A DNA stretch of 33,754 nt from Octopus bimaculoides (Eukaryota), in assembly GCF_001194135.2 (NCBI RefSeq), contig NC_068982.1, forward strand, positions 174,087,183 to 174,120,936. The letters are read 5' to 3'. Made by a program: the position numbers and the translations under genes. The notes under the pieces were generated by a model. It saw nothing but the letters and a program-made list of their open reading frames with translations. It was not told the DNA's origin and made no database searches. Positions 11,391 through 24,013 of this stretch are shown here, in pieces. The first letter of the stretch is position 1, and every line of letters begins with the position of its first letter.

Positions 11391-12919
11391 AAAACAGTAC
11401 GGTATAATTAGAGTGACATTTGGCTGCTATTTCTAACAAATCGAATGACTTTGTTAGCTGAAAGTAATGATGATATGAACAACAGTAGCAATAGCAACAG
11501 CAGCAAAAAAAAACTGCAGCAATTATGCAGTATGAGCAACGGAAACGAAACAATAGCTGCAATAATAAATAGTACAGTAAAAAAAAGACCCTATCATCAT
11601 CATCTGTTTGAACAATAGTAGCCACAACTAAACCTATAACAACCATACAAGTGGTATATCTGAAGCAATAAGAAACTTGCAGAAGCAGCACCATCAGCAG
11701 TAGCAACAGCAAAACAACGATGACATTGACAACAACGGTAACAAAAATATGGAAGCAACAGTAACATACAATCGCAGCTACGAAACCGAACAACTTATCA
11801 GTGACTTCCGAAGGAATATACTTAACATATATATATATAGTAGGAAATTATGATAGAAGCAGCAACGCTACACTGCTCTAAGATACCAGCTGGAAGGAGA
11901 GAATTCCTATAAAAGAAATAAACCAATATAGAAAATATAACAGTGTCTGAATAAACAAGAGGCGGTCCCTATCGGCCAAAATCAATTAAACTACAAGTAT
12001 CTGTCGTGGAGATACTTCAGGCAGAACCCTTATCCGAAGAAATGCACTGCTTGGCCACAAAGGCTCTGCTCGAAACGATAGAATTTCCATCTCACTATGG
12101 TATATATGCTAAAATAAATTTGCGAAATTTAGTATGGAAATATAGAAATATTTGTTAGTAATTTAACGTGACAAAATGTAATTTATACGCAAGTTTACTG
12201 AATTAATGCCATATTTGTACGTTGCAATGAAGAGAATGTTGTTCAGCAATAGTTGAGTTGAGGAAATCTGAGACTGCGATTATCAAGATTGAGCTTTGGT
12301 ATCTTGTCGTGTATCGATTGTATGCTAACAAAAAAAAAATGTGTATAATCTATGAGAAAAACTAATGTGTTGCGTATCGATTCTGTGACTGCAAAGGATT
12401 TGTACAGTCTATCAGAAAAAGTTCCGAGATACTGTTTGGAATAAGAAAAAAATAAAGATTCAAGTTTTGGTCTGCTGGTGTATTCCTATTAACGCAACGA
12501 AAAAATGCTTGTAGTTGAATTAGTTTTAACATGAATAATGCTTTAAAAACCTAATGACAAATAATTATGTGATGAGGATGAAACAATAATAGTCAATGAT
12601 GAATATTATTTTCGTAGATTTTTGTTTTATCTCCTTTCATTAAATATGTCAATGCTAACTATACCGTTTATTTATGTATTTATTTATTTATTTTTCATGC
12701 AGAAGCTGTCTGAATTACGGTGTAAATATATAAAGCATAATATGATTGTGTCTATAATTGTTCATAGGCTGTGAGAAATTTTAGAAACCATTTTTTAAAA
12801 GAAACTCGAAATCACCAAATGTTTATTACGTTTTCTCATTAACTTTGGTCTTAGCCCCAAACATTCTCGACGTCTTCGGAGCAAAAAGGTATGTTTATTG
12901 CTTACAAAGTGAGATTTCT

Positions 12920-13100
12920 ATCCTAGACACAAAGCAACAGGTTTAATAGAAAAAAATTAACGATTAGATAAACTCCAGAACTTGAGTGGTTCATATTTTG
13001 TCAATGCTAGAAGAATGAGATGCAAAGTTGGCCGAGGAGGGATTCGAAGTTAAGAGTAAAGGGCGCAGCTAGATATCGTAGTGCAATTTGTCAACTGAAT
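12920..13100 (-). mobile_element. Highly decayed SINE family A copy
   Basis: GCAAAGTTGGCCGAGGAGGGATTCGAA resembles the family A reverse complement GCAAAGTCGACCTCGGCGGAATTTGAA. Confidence 0.45.
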
Positions 13101-13138
13101 TTACTGATTCTTTCTCTCACGATCTTAAAAAAACAAAA

Positions 13139-13390
13139 TATTGGTTTCAAAATTTTAGCACAAGGCCAGCAATTTCGGGGAAAATTTTGACCCCAGTGTC
13201 CAACAAGTACTAATTCTATCGACTCCGAAAGGATGAAAGGAAAAGTCGACCTGGATAGGATTTGAACACAGAACGTAAAGACGAACGCAATGACACTAAG
13301 CGTTTTGTCTCATTCTGCCAGCTCGCCTTTAACAAAATAGAATATTAATTTCAAATTTTGTCACCAGGCCAGCAGTTTCCGGGAAATTTG
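13139..13390 (-). mobile_element. SINE family A copy (13139-13328) plus a second tail fragment (13345-13390)
   Basis: CCGAAAGGATGAAAGGAAAAGTCGACC...CATTCTGCCAGCTCGCCTT; the tail AAATTTT..CAC.AGGCCAGCA.TTTC.GGGAAA occurs twice. Confidence 0.8.
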
Positions 13391-13829
13391 TCACAATGCA
13401 AAACACTACATGTTTTCTATATAAATATTCCATAAAATTATTTATAGTTAAAGGTGGACTCTCTGTCGGTCTTGATGATATGTATTATTTTTTGTCCATA
13501 GAGATGTGTTGTGCTCCTAATGCTGTTGCAATGTGCAAAGAACGTGAGACAATACGACCAGGTCAGGCTGGAACTTTGAATTACAAGCAAAATACAGAAA
13601 GAGGGTGGGGAAAATGGACCACAGTTAACGGAAACTTGACATCAGCGTGTATAGAACGGATACTTCAAGACATTGTACCGGACTTTCTAACGACTCTACT
13701 AATTCACCGCCCTTGTTTACCCTCACAGCAATAAAGAACAATGACAAGGATTGCATAAACAATGCGAAAATTCAGAAACCACAAAAGTAACATGCAATAG
13801 GTGTTTCACACACCAAGAGGTCTATATCA

Positions 13830-14089
13830 TTTCTTTTATCTTTTATCATTTACTTGTTTCAGTCATTGGACTGCGGCCATACTGGGGCACTGCCGTGAAG
13901 AATTTTAGTCGAACGAATCGATTCCGGTCCTTTTTTTTTTAATCTGGCACCTATTCTATCGATCTCTTATGCCGAACCGGTAAGTTACGGGGAAGTAAAC
14001 ACACCAACACCGGTTGTCAAGTGGTGGTGCGGGAACAAACACAGACTCAAATACACACACACACATATATATACATATATACATACATG

Positions 14090-14160
<71 letters not shown>

Positions 14161-14326
14161 GACGGACTTCTTTCAGTTTCCGTCTACCAAATCCACTCAC
14201 AAGTTTTGGGTCAGAACGAGGCTATAGAGAACGACATTCGCCCAAGGTGCTACGTAGTGGGACTGAACCGGGCGGGAACCATGTGGCTGGGAGGCAAGCG
14301 TCTTATCACACAGCCACGCTTGCGCC
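13830..14326 (-). mobile_element. SINE family B with internal (TA)n
   Basis: Reverse complement of the 7878 family along its whole length; (TA)n about 14085-14158. Confidence 0.93.
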
Positions 14327-16984
14327 TATCTTCAAAAATTACTTCAATAATTAATCGCATTACAATCTTTTGCATAAAGTTATACTTCTAACAACACTAA
14401 ACTTCGTTACACAAAACTGTTTCATATTTTACTGAAAAGATGATATATAAAACACTGGAAACGACACTACATCTCCAAACCTCGAAATTTCATTTGTCCC
14501 AAACGAATAAAGCTATGCACATCATATCTACCAGCATGTTGATATCATGAAACAATTTCATAGCTAGGTAGAAGTCATTTCAATTCATTTATACTATTAA
14601 TGCCGATAGGAAATTAATCACAAGTTGGTAAATAATATCGTTTAAGCTCAGGATCAGTACTTTTATGCATGATATCACAAAAAAAAAAAAAAATTTAAGA
14701 TGTATAAATGATACATATCGTATTCGATTCTGTATTAGCCACGATTGAATATACGCATGCGCAAGTACAATCGGCTAACTGTGTGTCACCAACGGTTAGT
14801 TCTCAGGCATTATAAAATAGATACCGCAAGAAAACGGTATGAATATAATCTGAAGATAGTCGAAAAAGATATAGCATAACAATGATGCGGAACAAACTAG
14901 GGGTACACAGCCAAACGGTGATCTCATCTAAATGACTTGTTGTAGTCTAAAAAAAGACAGAAAGTGTATAAGTACTATGTCATTATGTGGAGACGGAAAA
15001 AAAAAAAACAATCAAATGACATGATTTGCATAAATTGTAACTCTATGAGGCATGAATATTGCAGCGCTACTCATTATAACAGGAGTTATACAGAAGTATG
15101 ATAAAAGTAATGAAACAAACAGAAAATACGTTAAACGTTATTTATTTAATTTAGCGACATCAGATTGTTGGGACTTTAATCAGCTTGCTGATCAGACAGA
15201 CACCCGACTCAATTTCAAGAAGTACAGGAAATAAATTAGTTAAATAAATAAATAAATAGATAAATGAATAAATAAATAAATAAATCCTGAAACATGGTCA
15301 TTAGTAGAAAAATTATGTAAAAACGACAAATCTAAATTAGCGTTTCCACGAGTATTTTGCTTTGCAATACACATACAAATGCGCGCGCATGCACACTAAC
15401 ACGTAATTTTTATCACATAAGTTAGTTAGTTGATGACCAAACATAGTTAATATAGCTTTGTCCATATAGTTTATGATAAACATCTGGTATGACAATAAAA
15501 AAGCTAGACAGACGATATATATAAACTGAAAGACCAAAACTAATGATATCCTACGTAGGTTCATAATTTTTGAGGGTCAGCTCCAGTATTTTTGGCTAAT
15601 TTATAAAGCGTCGACGGATGAAAATCCAAATTGACACACAGCTATGGCCTTTTATACGTTTACAGAAAGAAGCAATACTTGGTACTGCACATAGAGGAGG
15701 ACATTAAATAAAATATATTTACAAAATTTTTTTTTAAATAAAGCCAAGTGTTATGAATAACTGGGGCATCCTAGCTATTCATAACTATTCGGTATGATGC
15801 AATGATGAACTACTTCGGCAGTTAGGAAGTTTAAACAATACAAAAGTAGAATAGATTCTTTTGTCGTTGGGAGCAGGACTTTCTGATATACATATATAAC
15901 ATACACTCATACACACACACGCACGCACACACAAACACACACACACACACACACACAAACACACACGCGCCTTATATGTGTGTGTGTGTGTACGTATGCA
16001 TGTATATGTGCATGAATATATAATGTGCATGTATATGTTTATGTATGTAATATACGCTATTAAATTTTCGATAAACGCACGGGTCACACATTAAATGCAT
16101 ATGGCACATGATAACTTTCAAAAGCACTTAACATTGGATTGTTTCTATGAACATCACTATTGTATATCTGAATCAAGAATGAACTATTTCAGAGGAAAGC
16201 TTAGAAAGAATGAGCTATACGGATTACTGTATCCACATAGACGCCAGTCTGTGGCATCCGAAGATGTGCGGAAGCAGCTGATACGTCCAAATCATATATC
16301 TAACTTAATATTTAAGAAAATTTTAACTTACTATTGTGATCATTGATCTTTTGAATAAATTATTACAATTGAATTGAAAAATACATTCCGCAGAATAATT
16401 TATTATATAAAGCTGTTAATAGAAGTGTGTATGCATGTGTCTTTTCTAGCCCAGAGTCACTCCTTTCTACATTGTTCATATTACCCGAAAAGCTTCATGA
16501 ATTGATTTTATTGATCTTAGCTCAATTACTTGTTTTTCGATTTTAAATACTCCTTTGGGGAGGTTTCGTATAGGAATTACTTGGGTAATTTCAGTTGATC
16601 GAAGCTATTCGACCCACTATATTAGATATACAAAGCTCCAACTGTATTTGTGTTTAGAATGCAAAAACGCTCCCTCGAAGTATTCCCCATTGGTCATATT
16701 AATGATTAAAACACATTATTAAGTAATGAGAGAAAGAAGGAGAGCGTGAGAGGAAGAGAGGTGGAGAGAGAGAGAGAGAGAGAGAATAGTGAAAAAAAAA
16801 ATCAACGTTTAATAGATTGAAATAAAATGAATAAATAAATAGATAAAAATATATTCAGCAAAGAAACCCAAATATATTTATCAATCGATACAGATGAGAC
16901 TAGATATATTTCGGAAAGGCAACAGCATATTGATTGAATGTTGACAAATTAATTTGTTATCAATGCTGCCAACTATTGACGCAA

Positions 16985-17021
16985 TTACTGCTGCTGCTGC
17001 TACTACTACTGCTACTGCTAC

Positions 17022-17053
<32 letters not shown>

Positions 17054-17090
17054 TTGTTGCTGTCGTCATCGTTGTTGTTGGTCTAAGTCG
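16985..17090. repeat. Compound (CTG/CTA/GTT)n microsatellite
   Basis: Read directly. Confidence 0.92.
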
Positions 17091-17240
17091 TTATAGGTGC
17101 TTTTTTTATAGTTGTAATTTAGTCCCATATCTGCTCTGACCGAGCAGATTGATAATCAGAGGCATTCCGTCTATGACGATTCTGACTGTTTCTTGCTTAA
17201 TATATCTCAAGCTTCATTATCCAGTATAGCCTTCCAGCTT
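17090..17240 (-). mobile_element. Repeat family E, degenerate copy
   Basis: Reverse complement GTCATAGACGGAATGCCTCTGATTATCAATCTGCTCGGTCAGAGCAGATATGGGACTAAA, followed by the AAC/AGC tract. Confidence 0.55.
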
Positions 17241-17321
17241 TTGTAAATTTAAAATCATAGTAAGGAGAAATTTGGTTGTGCTTTCAGCAAGTCAGTTCAC
17301 AACGTGGAGGCTTCTTTATAG

Positions 17322-17433
17322 CTCCATCATACACGCATGATTGTGAGACCTGACTGGAAGCCAACGATACAAGAGATGAACGGTGGATTGAGCCTATGGG
17401 CAAACTGGAAGGAAAGAAAATTGTGCGACACAT
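17322..17433 (+). CDS. Candidate 112-nt coding exon (LHHTRMIVRPDWKPTIQEMNGGLSLWANWKERKLCDT), unidentified protein
   Basis: Acceptor GCTTCTTTATAG, donor CAT|GTAAAT, open in phase 0. A competing minus-strand exon (FAHRLNPPFISCIVGFQSGLTIMR) overlaps it. Confidence 0.35.
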
Positions 17434-17509
17434 GTAAATATCATTCGCACATCGGATAAGAGTTTTAAAGAAAGTGGAGTGATAAGAAAGAGCCGTCAGT
17501 TTGTAGAAC

Positions 17510-17738
17510 CGGCGAGCTGGCAGAATCGTTAGCACGCCGGGCGAAATGCTTAGCGGTATTTCGTCTGCCGTTACGTTCTGAGTTCAAATTCTGCTGAGGT
17601 CGACTTTGCCTTTCATCCTTTCGGGGTCGATAAATTAAGTACCAGTTACGCACTGGGGTCGATGTAATCTACTCAACCCGTTCGTCTGTCCTTGTTTGTT
17701 CCCTCTATGTCTAGCCCCTTGTGGGCAATAAAGAAATG
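17510..17738 (+). mobile_element. SINE family A, well-preserved copy with candidate TSD
   Basis: Head GGCGAGCTGGCAGAATCGTTAGCACGCCGGGCG, B-box GAGTTCAAATTC, tail GGCAATAAAGAAAT; AGAACCG at 17505-17511 and 17739-17745. Confidence 0.95.
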
Positions 17739-17884
17739 AGAACCGTGTGATTGTCTCTATGCGCCGAAGGCCGTGATGCTTCGTTTGTTTTTTTGTTTTT
17801 TGTTTATCTGTGCTCGAATCGCTGCAGTGCAATTATGATTGAATCACTTACGGAACTTGGAGTTGGGAGTTCTGGTGGATATTG

Positions 17885-18205
17885 TGAAAATGCGCAGGTT
17901 AAGGAACTGGACTCGAGATGAGAGGTTCGTTCGTTCAATTCCTGAATCGGGCGGCGCGTTGTATCCTTGGGCAAGGCGTATGATTTGACGCTGCTCTGGT
18001 CTACCCTGCTGTAAATGAATACTAGCCTCGTTTTGGTGCATCTCATTCTCCCCTTCCAGCTGTCACGTCCTCCAGCTTTCATCTTCCGCTGCTCAGTGAC
18101 GGGAGGGACGAGAATGTGTCTAGATCTATACGCCACAACATAGTCACCCAAAGCACTTAGAGAAACGGTGATACAAAGTACCAGACCATACGGGCTTGCA
18201 AGTGA
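17885..18205 (+). mobile_element. Older tRNA-derived SINE family D with CORE-like block
   Basis: B-box-like CGTTCAATTCC 17932-17942, then TGTATCCTTGGGCAAGGC...ACGCTGCTCTGG...GCTGTAAATGAATAC. Boundaries approximate. Confidence 0.6.
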
Positions 18206-19429
18206 ATGCTATACAACAAGCGGGATGTAGATGGAAATGCCTAATAGCATATGTTTCTTCATTCCTCTTTCCGATTCTGATAAGTCAAAGGTAAAACGTA
18301 CTGTTGGATGATTTAATGTGGCAATTTCTGCCTTACTGCTACTGTCGCCAATGTAGCTGTTAATGTTAATGTTGATGTTAATTTTTTTCGTATTGTCGTT
18401 GCAGTTAATGGCGTTGTCGCGTAGTTTCGCGTGGTTGGTATCGTTGCCTCTATAGCTGTTCATACTGAATTCTTTGCTTATTATTATTTTTACTATTGTT
18501 TTGAATTTTGCTGTAATGAATTCAGTTTTGTTACATTTTTTGGTGTTGATGTAGAGCGTAATGCCAAATGAAAATGAATATAACGATGAGCAAAAGGTCA
18601 GGAAGAAAGATAACACTGATGACAGAGAGTGTAATGATGGTGGAAAAGATGATGCTTTGAGTTCAAGCTGATTTCGTTCCATATTCCTAAATTTTTATTT
18701 CATACTATCTTCTTTCAAATATTGTTTTCCTCAAAACCTGCTTTCAGTTCTGTTTACTTAACTGCATTTATGTATTCATAGAATATATTAAGTGCATTCT
18801 TCATAGATTGCCTGGCATTTTTGTATGATTGTGTGAGTATATGTATTATCTATACGAACACGCATACGCATATACACATACACATGCACAAACACACAAA
18901 TTCAGTGTGTGTAACATATTTATACAAGCGTTGCACACGCACACACAGTCTCAACCACACTGGCTCGCGCAAGCACTTATATATACGTAGATAGATAAAT
19001 ACATATTTACAACATATGTATGTCTACCTATGTATTCATACATGTGTTTCTATGCATTTCTGCAGCAAGTATTCATGCATACGTGTGTGCACACTTTGAA
19101 TATTTAGTATATGTCTATGTGTGTATGTAGGTATATGTATATATTATATACAAACGTACATAAATATATACATACACATATAAATACATATTTACATACA
19201 CACACACAGATACGCACGGACACAGACATACACATACACATTTATACACGTGCACACATATATTATATGTACATTTCGTATGTTCAGGTATGTAGATGCA
19301 TATCTGTGCATATATTGATTATATTATTTCTCATACACATACGTATTTTATTATGTTATATGTGTGTGACTGTGAGTGTATGCGTAGGTATATACATCTA
19401 TTTATGCATATATATATTATATAACATAT

Positions 19430-19489
19430 ATACAGATATATATGTGTATACGTATATATATATATAACATATATACAGAGATATATATG

Positions 19490-19534
<45 letters not shown>

Positions 19535-19627
19535 GGAGAGATAGATAGATAGATAGATAGATAGATANNNNNNNNNNNNNNNNNNNNNNNNNNNNNNNNN
19601 NNNNNNNNNNNNNNNNNNNNNNNNNAT

Positions 19628-19665
<38 letters not shown>

Positions 19666-19711
19666 GCAGATACATAATATATGAGAATACATGTATGTAT
19701 GTATATATATG

Positions 19712-19756
<45 letters not shown>

Positions 19757-19760
19757 GGAG

Positions 19761-19825
<65 letters not shown>

Positions 19826-19830
19826 TGTAC
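19430..19830. repeat. (TA)/(GA)/(GATA)n compound microsatellite around a 58-N gap
   Basis: Read directly; lies within a wider CA/TA/TG-rich low-complexity zone (about 18830-20150). Confidence 0.95.
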
Positions 19831-20319
19831 GTTTGAGTATATGTGTGTATACGTTGGGTATATGTGTATATATATTTACATATGTGTGTGTGTTTATATG
19901 CAAAAACGCATATATATGCACACATGCTTCCTTCATTTATATATATGTATAAATACTTCATCGTAGGCATGTTTGCGCGTGTGTGTGTCTGTGTGTATGT
20001 GTCTGTGTGTATGTGTGTGCATGTGTGTGTGTGTGCGTGTGTGTGTGAAAACATATACATGAGTATTTGTAAAAATATTTACACGTGTGCACATATATAT
20101 ATTTGTTGGTTTGTATGTGCATACACATGTGTCTAGATACGTATGCGTATGCTTTGCGCTACCCGATAAAAATCTCCGATACCTTTTGACATTTCAAGGT
20201 TAAACATGGCTGTACAGATTCAAAGAAAAAAAAAACGGTTATGACTGCGCAAATAGGTGTTGGTGTTGTGGTAGCTGTTGTTCAGTCGGTTATTATTCAT
20301 TTAAATATTGTTGTTGGTG

Positions 20320-20355
20320 CTCCCTCTCTCCTCTCTCTCTCTTTCCCGTTCTCTG

Positions 20356-20400
<45 letters not shown>
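20320..20400. repeat. (CT)n microsatellite
   Basis: Read directly. Confidence 0.95.
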
Positions 20401-20403
<3 letters not shown>

Positions 20404-20449
20404 GTAGTTATTAAGTAGCTTCATTACGTTTTCTTGCTTTTGTTGTAGC

Positions 20450-20537
20450 AGTCGTTGGTGGTGGTGGGGGGGTTATTTTGTCTCTGCTCCTGCTGTATAA
20501 CTAGAAACGTTTATATTACTTTTCCCGTTGCAGTTAC

Positions 20538-20568
<31 letters not shown>

Positions 20569-20830
20569 ACTATTGTGGTTGTTGCTCTTGTTTATGATGC
20601 TCAATGGTGTCATTCCCTTAATTTTGTTACTACTGCCTTGTTATCACTTGTATTTCCTTCAATTGTTGCTTACGTTGATATTGGGGGTATAATAGTTGTT
20701 GTCGACTCTACTGTCCTTGTTGCCACCACCACTACCACCACCACCACCACCACTACTACTACAACTGAGGAGAAAGACGATTGTGGTGGTTGTAGTGTTG
20801 GTTGTCTTGACGGAGATGATGATATTTGAA
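20450..20830. repeat. Degenerate trinucleotide region with (GTT)n and (CCA/CTA)n cores
   Basis: Read directly; explains ORF 20455..20829. Confidence 0.85.
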
Positions 20831-21103
20831 TGTGCTTTTAGTTATATTAATGTTCTTGTTTTTCCATTGCTGTTGATCATTGCTCTTTCCGTGTTTACAC
20901 TCACTATTACATTGCTTCGATTCATGAATATGTCCGCATACTTTTAGTTTCAAATGTTTTAGATTTAATGGTCATTATGCCAATATTCGTTTTAGTTAGG
21001 CATGGTATATGATGGCAAAATTTTGAGGTTCAAATAAAGCAGGTTTTTGAACAAAAACAGGTTTATTATATATATAGATATATATATATATATATATATA
21101 TAT

Positions 21104-21298
21104 AGGGAGAATTCACAAAAAAAAAGCAAAAGACGGAGACAGGTGGTGTAGACAACAAACAGACGTATTAGTTTAACGCTCGGGAAGTGAAAAAGTCTTT
21201 AACGTTTCGGGCTTGCGCTCTTCCACTGAAAGGAACACAGAAAGAAACAATGAGAGAAAAAAAAGGAATGTGTAGTGGCTAGCGGTCTATCATGGCGA

Positions 21299-21299
<1 letters not shown>
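21104..21299 (-). mobile_element. Short non-autonomous Penelope-like repeat embedded in (TA)n, with hammerhead-like motif
   Basis: Unique ~195-bp island between two (TA)n runs. Contains minus-strand CTTT-CAGTGGAA-GAGC-GCAA-GCCC-GAAACGTT-AAAG. Family assignment is inference. Confidence 0.5.
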
Positions 21300-21356
<57 letters not shown>

Positions 21357-21439
21357 ACTTTCCAGTCAAAGACGACGTATGGGTATTTAGCTTTTGGCGA
21401 ACCACCTGACCTGCACAAAGGATCTTTTATAGTGATCAG

Positions 21440-21640
21440 ATGTATGTGCCTTACATTAGTTCAATCTCTCCATCACATCGACGTTACCTGAACAGGTGCA
21501 GGGTGTACCACGCGTCAGGCGTCGAAGTGATTGCAGAGCAACGTGAGATTAAGTTATTTGCTCAAGAACACAACCCTCCACTCGGTCTAAAAATTGGAAC
21601 CACGATCTCCCGATCGTGGTCACGCATTGCGAGACTAATT
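21440..21640 (-). mobile_element. Decayed SINE (family D-like)
   Basis: Reverse complement GATCGTGGTTCCAATTTTTAGACCG...TTGTGTTCTTGAGCAAATAACTTAATCTCACGTTGCTCTG, similar to the 17960-18020 block. Confidence 0.55.
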
Positions 21641-21990
21641 ACCGAGTGTAGAACTCAATATACATTATGATTCAGAATGAAGCGTTAGTCGAGTACCAAG
21701 CGGTAATAAGAAAATGAGATAAGAAACGAGTACGCGATTATGCTGCTATAAAATGCAGTGAACTCATAGTCGAGTGCCTGAGTAGCACCTTATAGCTTCA
21801 TCGGAGCCTCGAATATGAAGTGCAATTTATTTGGAACAAGAATTACATTTATTAATATATATAGGAATAAGTATTGGCGTTAAGGTGTTACTTAAGCACA
21901 TTATTATGAGTACACTGCTTCTAATAGCAGAAACAGCTATAAGCTAATGAAGTTCATAAGATAGTCGCTTATTCCATTGTATATTCCTTT

Positions 21991-22021
<31 letters not shown>

Positions 22022-22912
22022 GCACGGGTTCAATTCCATTTTTTTTTTTGTTTGTTGATCGGTTAAATATCTAACCAACTAATCGATCTTTTTAACGCAG
22101 TCACTGAGAATGTCGTGAACAGTAACTAAAAGACTTTGACTGACAAACTTATTGATTGTTTGACCGACACGTTAAACAAAAGATCGATTAGCTAGCTGAT
22201 TAGATATTTACAGAATTGTTTTACAGCCTGGCAAGCTATCCTCAGTATATAATCACCTTTGAAAGGGGTCATGCATTGGTTTATGTCTGAAAGAATAGGT
22301 AATATATATTGGAACGAGACGAACATCCTCCTAGCCACGACTTACAAGAACACTGGACGTTTATCGCCTTACTTGTGGCTCGCCAATCCTGTGCACCCGT
22401 TTGTCACTTGCGTAGACGAAATTAGTGGTTCGATATATAATGCTTCAGAACATCAGATCGAATTACAATACGTAATCTGTTTTAATGAACCAGAATACAA
22501 AATAACAGGAAGCTTGCCAAAAGACTTGCACAGTTGAATCAAACCAGAAGTGTATAGTTGTGAAGTGAGCCTTTTAATCGCATAACCATATGCGCAGTAA
22601 TGTATGTGCGCTATATTTTTTTAATTAACTGAATTCTTTCTATAAAGAAGCCGCTTTCTAACAAAGTAATAAATTATCTGGAATTTAGATAACATATGGG
22701 TATATGTGTGTACGTTTCAGCTCTCCTGGTACATTTCAAAAATTCCTCACCAATGGAAAAAGAGCTGGTTTTCACACAGATTTTACATTGGAATGTAAAC
22801 AACATCTAGCTAGTTATGTATGCATCTACACATGTATTGCTGTATGTGCTTCTAAGCATGTCAGCGTTTGTATGGATGTATGTGATTTGGTGCATGTATA
22901 TATTTATGTATA

Positions 22913-23286
22913 GGCGCAGGTGTGGCTGTGTGGTAAGAAGCTTGCTTCCCAATCTCATGGTTCCAGCTTCAGCCCCATTATGTGGGGCCTTGAGCAAGTC
23001 TCTTCTATTATAGCCTCGGAAGGAGCAAAGCCTTGTGAGCGGATTTGGTAGACGGAAACTGAAAGAAGTCTGTCGTGTGTGTGTGTGTGTGTGTGTGTGT
23101 CCATCGCCGCTTGACAACTGGTGTTGGTGTGTTTACTTTCCCGTAATTTAGCGGTTCAGCCAAAGAGATTGATAGTATAAGTACTAGGCTTAAAATGTAA
23201 GTCCTCGGGTTGATTTGTTCGACTAAAACCCCTCAATGCGATGCTTCAGTATGGCCGAAGTGAAATGATTGAAAGATATAAATGAA
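22913..23286 (+). mobile_element. SINE family B with internal (GT)n
   Basis: GGCGCAGGTGTGGCTGTGTGGTAAG...CCTTGAGCAAGTC...GGATTTGGTAGACGGAAACTGAAAGAAG...; diverged tail. Confidence 0.92.
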
Positions 23287-23499
23287 AACGTCTGTAACTC
23301 TATAGATATGTATATGTACATACTTTAGGTCGAATTCATACAATGTTTCACATAATTTCAGTTTCATTCATTAATGGCTTGTAATTGTAATTTACTAATT
23401 AACTGTGTCTTCTCTGGTTTGGTGAAGCCCAGTTTTTAAAGTTTGATTCTGAGGTAGTCAGTTAAACAATAAGCGCATATAAAGTCAAAGATAAAAAAT

Positions 23500-23610
23500 G
23501 TATGTGTGTGTATATGTATGCATGTATGCATGTATGTATGCATGTATGCATGTATGTATGCATGTATATATGCTTGTTTGTTTGCTTGTTTGTTAGTTTG
23601 TTTGTTTGTT
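23500..23610. repeat. (TATG/CATG)n and (TTTG)n microsatellites
   Basis: Read directly. Confidence 0.9.
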
Positions 23611-23764
23611 TACGTATATTTTGTTCATATTCTTTGAATTCTTTCGAAAAGTCGGCGTTGATTTTTTTGTTCTCTAAAAACTATCACTAGAATTTGTATT
23701 AATATAAAAAGTAGCACAAAGTCTTGAATTTCCTCAATGTGTTGCGCATATTCACTGATTCACA

Positions 23765-23966
23765 CTCTTTTACTTGTTTCAGTCATTTGACTGCGGCCAT
23801 GCTGGAGCACCGCCTTTAGTCGAGAAAATCGACCCCAGGACTTATTCTTTGTAAGCCTAATTCTTATTCTATCGGTTTCTTTTTGCCGAGTCGCTAAGTT
23901 ACAGGAACGTAAACACACCAGCATCGGTTGTCAAGCGATGGTGGGGGGACACACACAAACACACAA

Positions 23967-24013
<47 letters not shown>

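Noticed and set aside
12034-12082. CCGAAGA...CTCGAAACGATAG, hammerhead-like
   Set aside because: Core mismatch, no convincing helix II and no NUH triplet after GAAAC.
13396-13734. 112-aa ORF and splice-like sites at 13502-13561
   Set aside because: The core (GGCTGGAACTTTGAATTACAAGC) resembles family C SINE sequence (GGCTGACCTTTTGAATTACAGGC), so probably an old SINE remnant.
16193-16290. GC-richer island open in two plus frames after TTTCAG
   Set aside because: Frame and donor ambiguous, not needed for the phase-consistent exon chain, no homology recognised.
17288-17433. Frame from the upstream acceptor reads ...YTHDCET*LEANDTRDERW..., an in-frame TGA in a CxxU-like selenoprotein context
   Set aside because: No match to selenoprotein families I know, no SECIS seen downstream, and another frame from the AG at 17320-17321 is open without recoding.
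19470-19830. Same (TA)(GA)AAGAGAGGGAGA(GATA)n pattern repeated either side of the 58-N gap
   Set aside because: Likely the same artefact; cannot be distinguished from a real duplication without reads.
22227-22537. 92-aa ORF and a PARP-like YPQYIITF snippet in another frame
   Set aside because: The match is too short, no upstream PARP motifs are present, and the splice models conflict or contain stops.
22705-22756. Minus-strand GTGAGGA...GCTGAAACGTA resembling the 26089 motif
   Set aside because: C3 missing and helix II does not pair; at best a very decayed relative.
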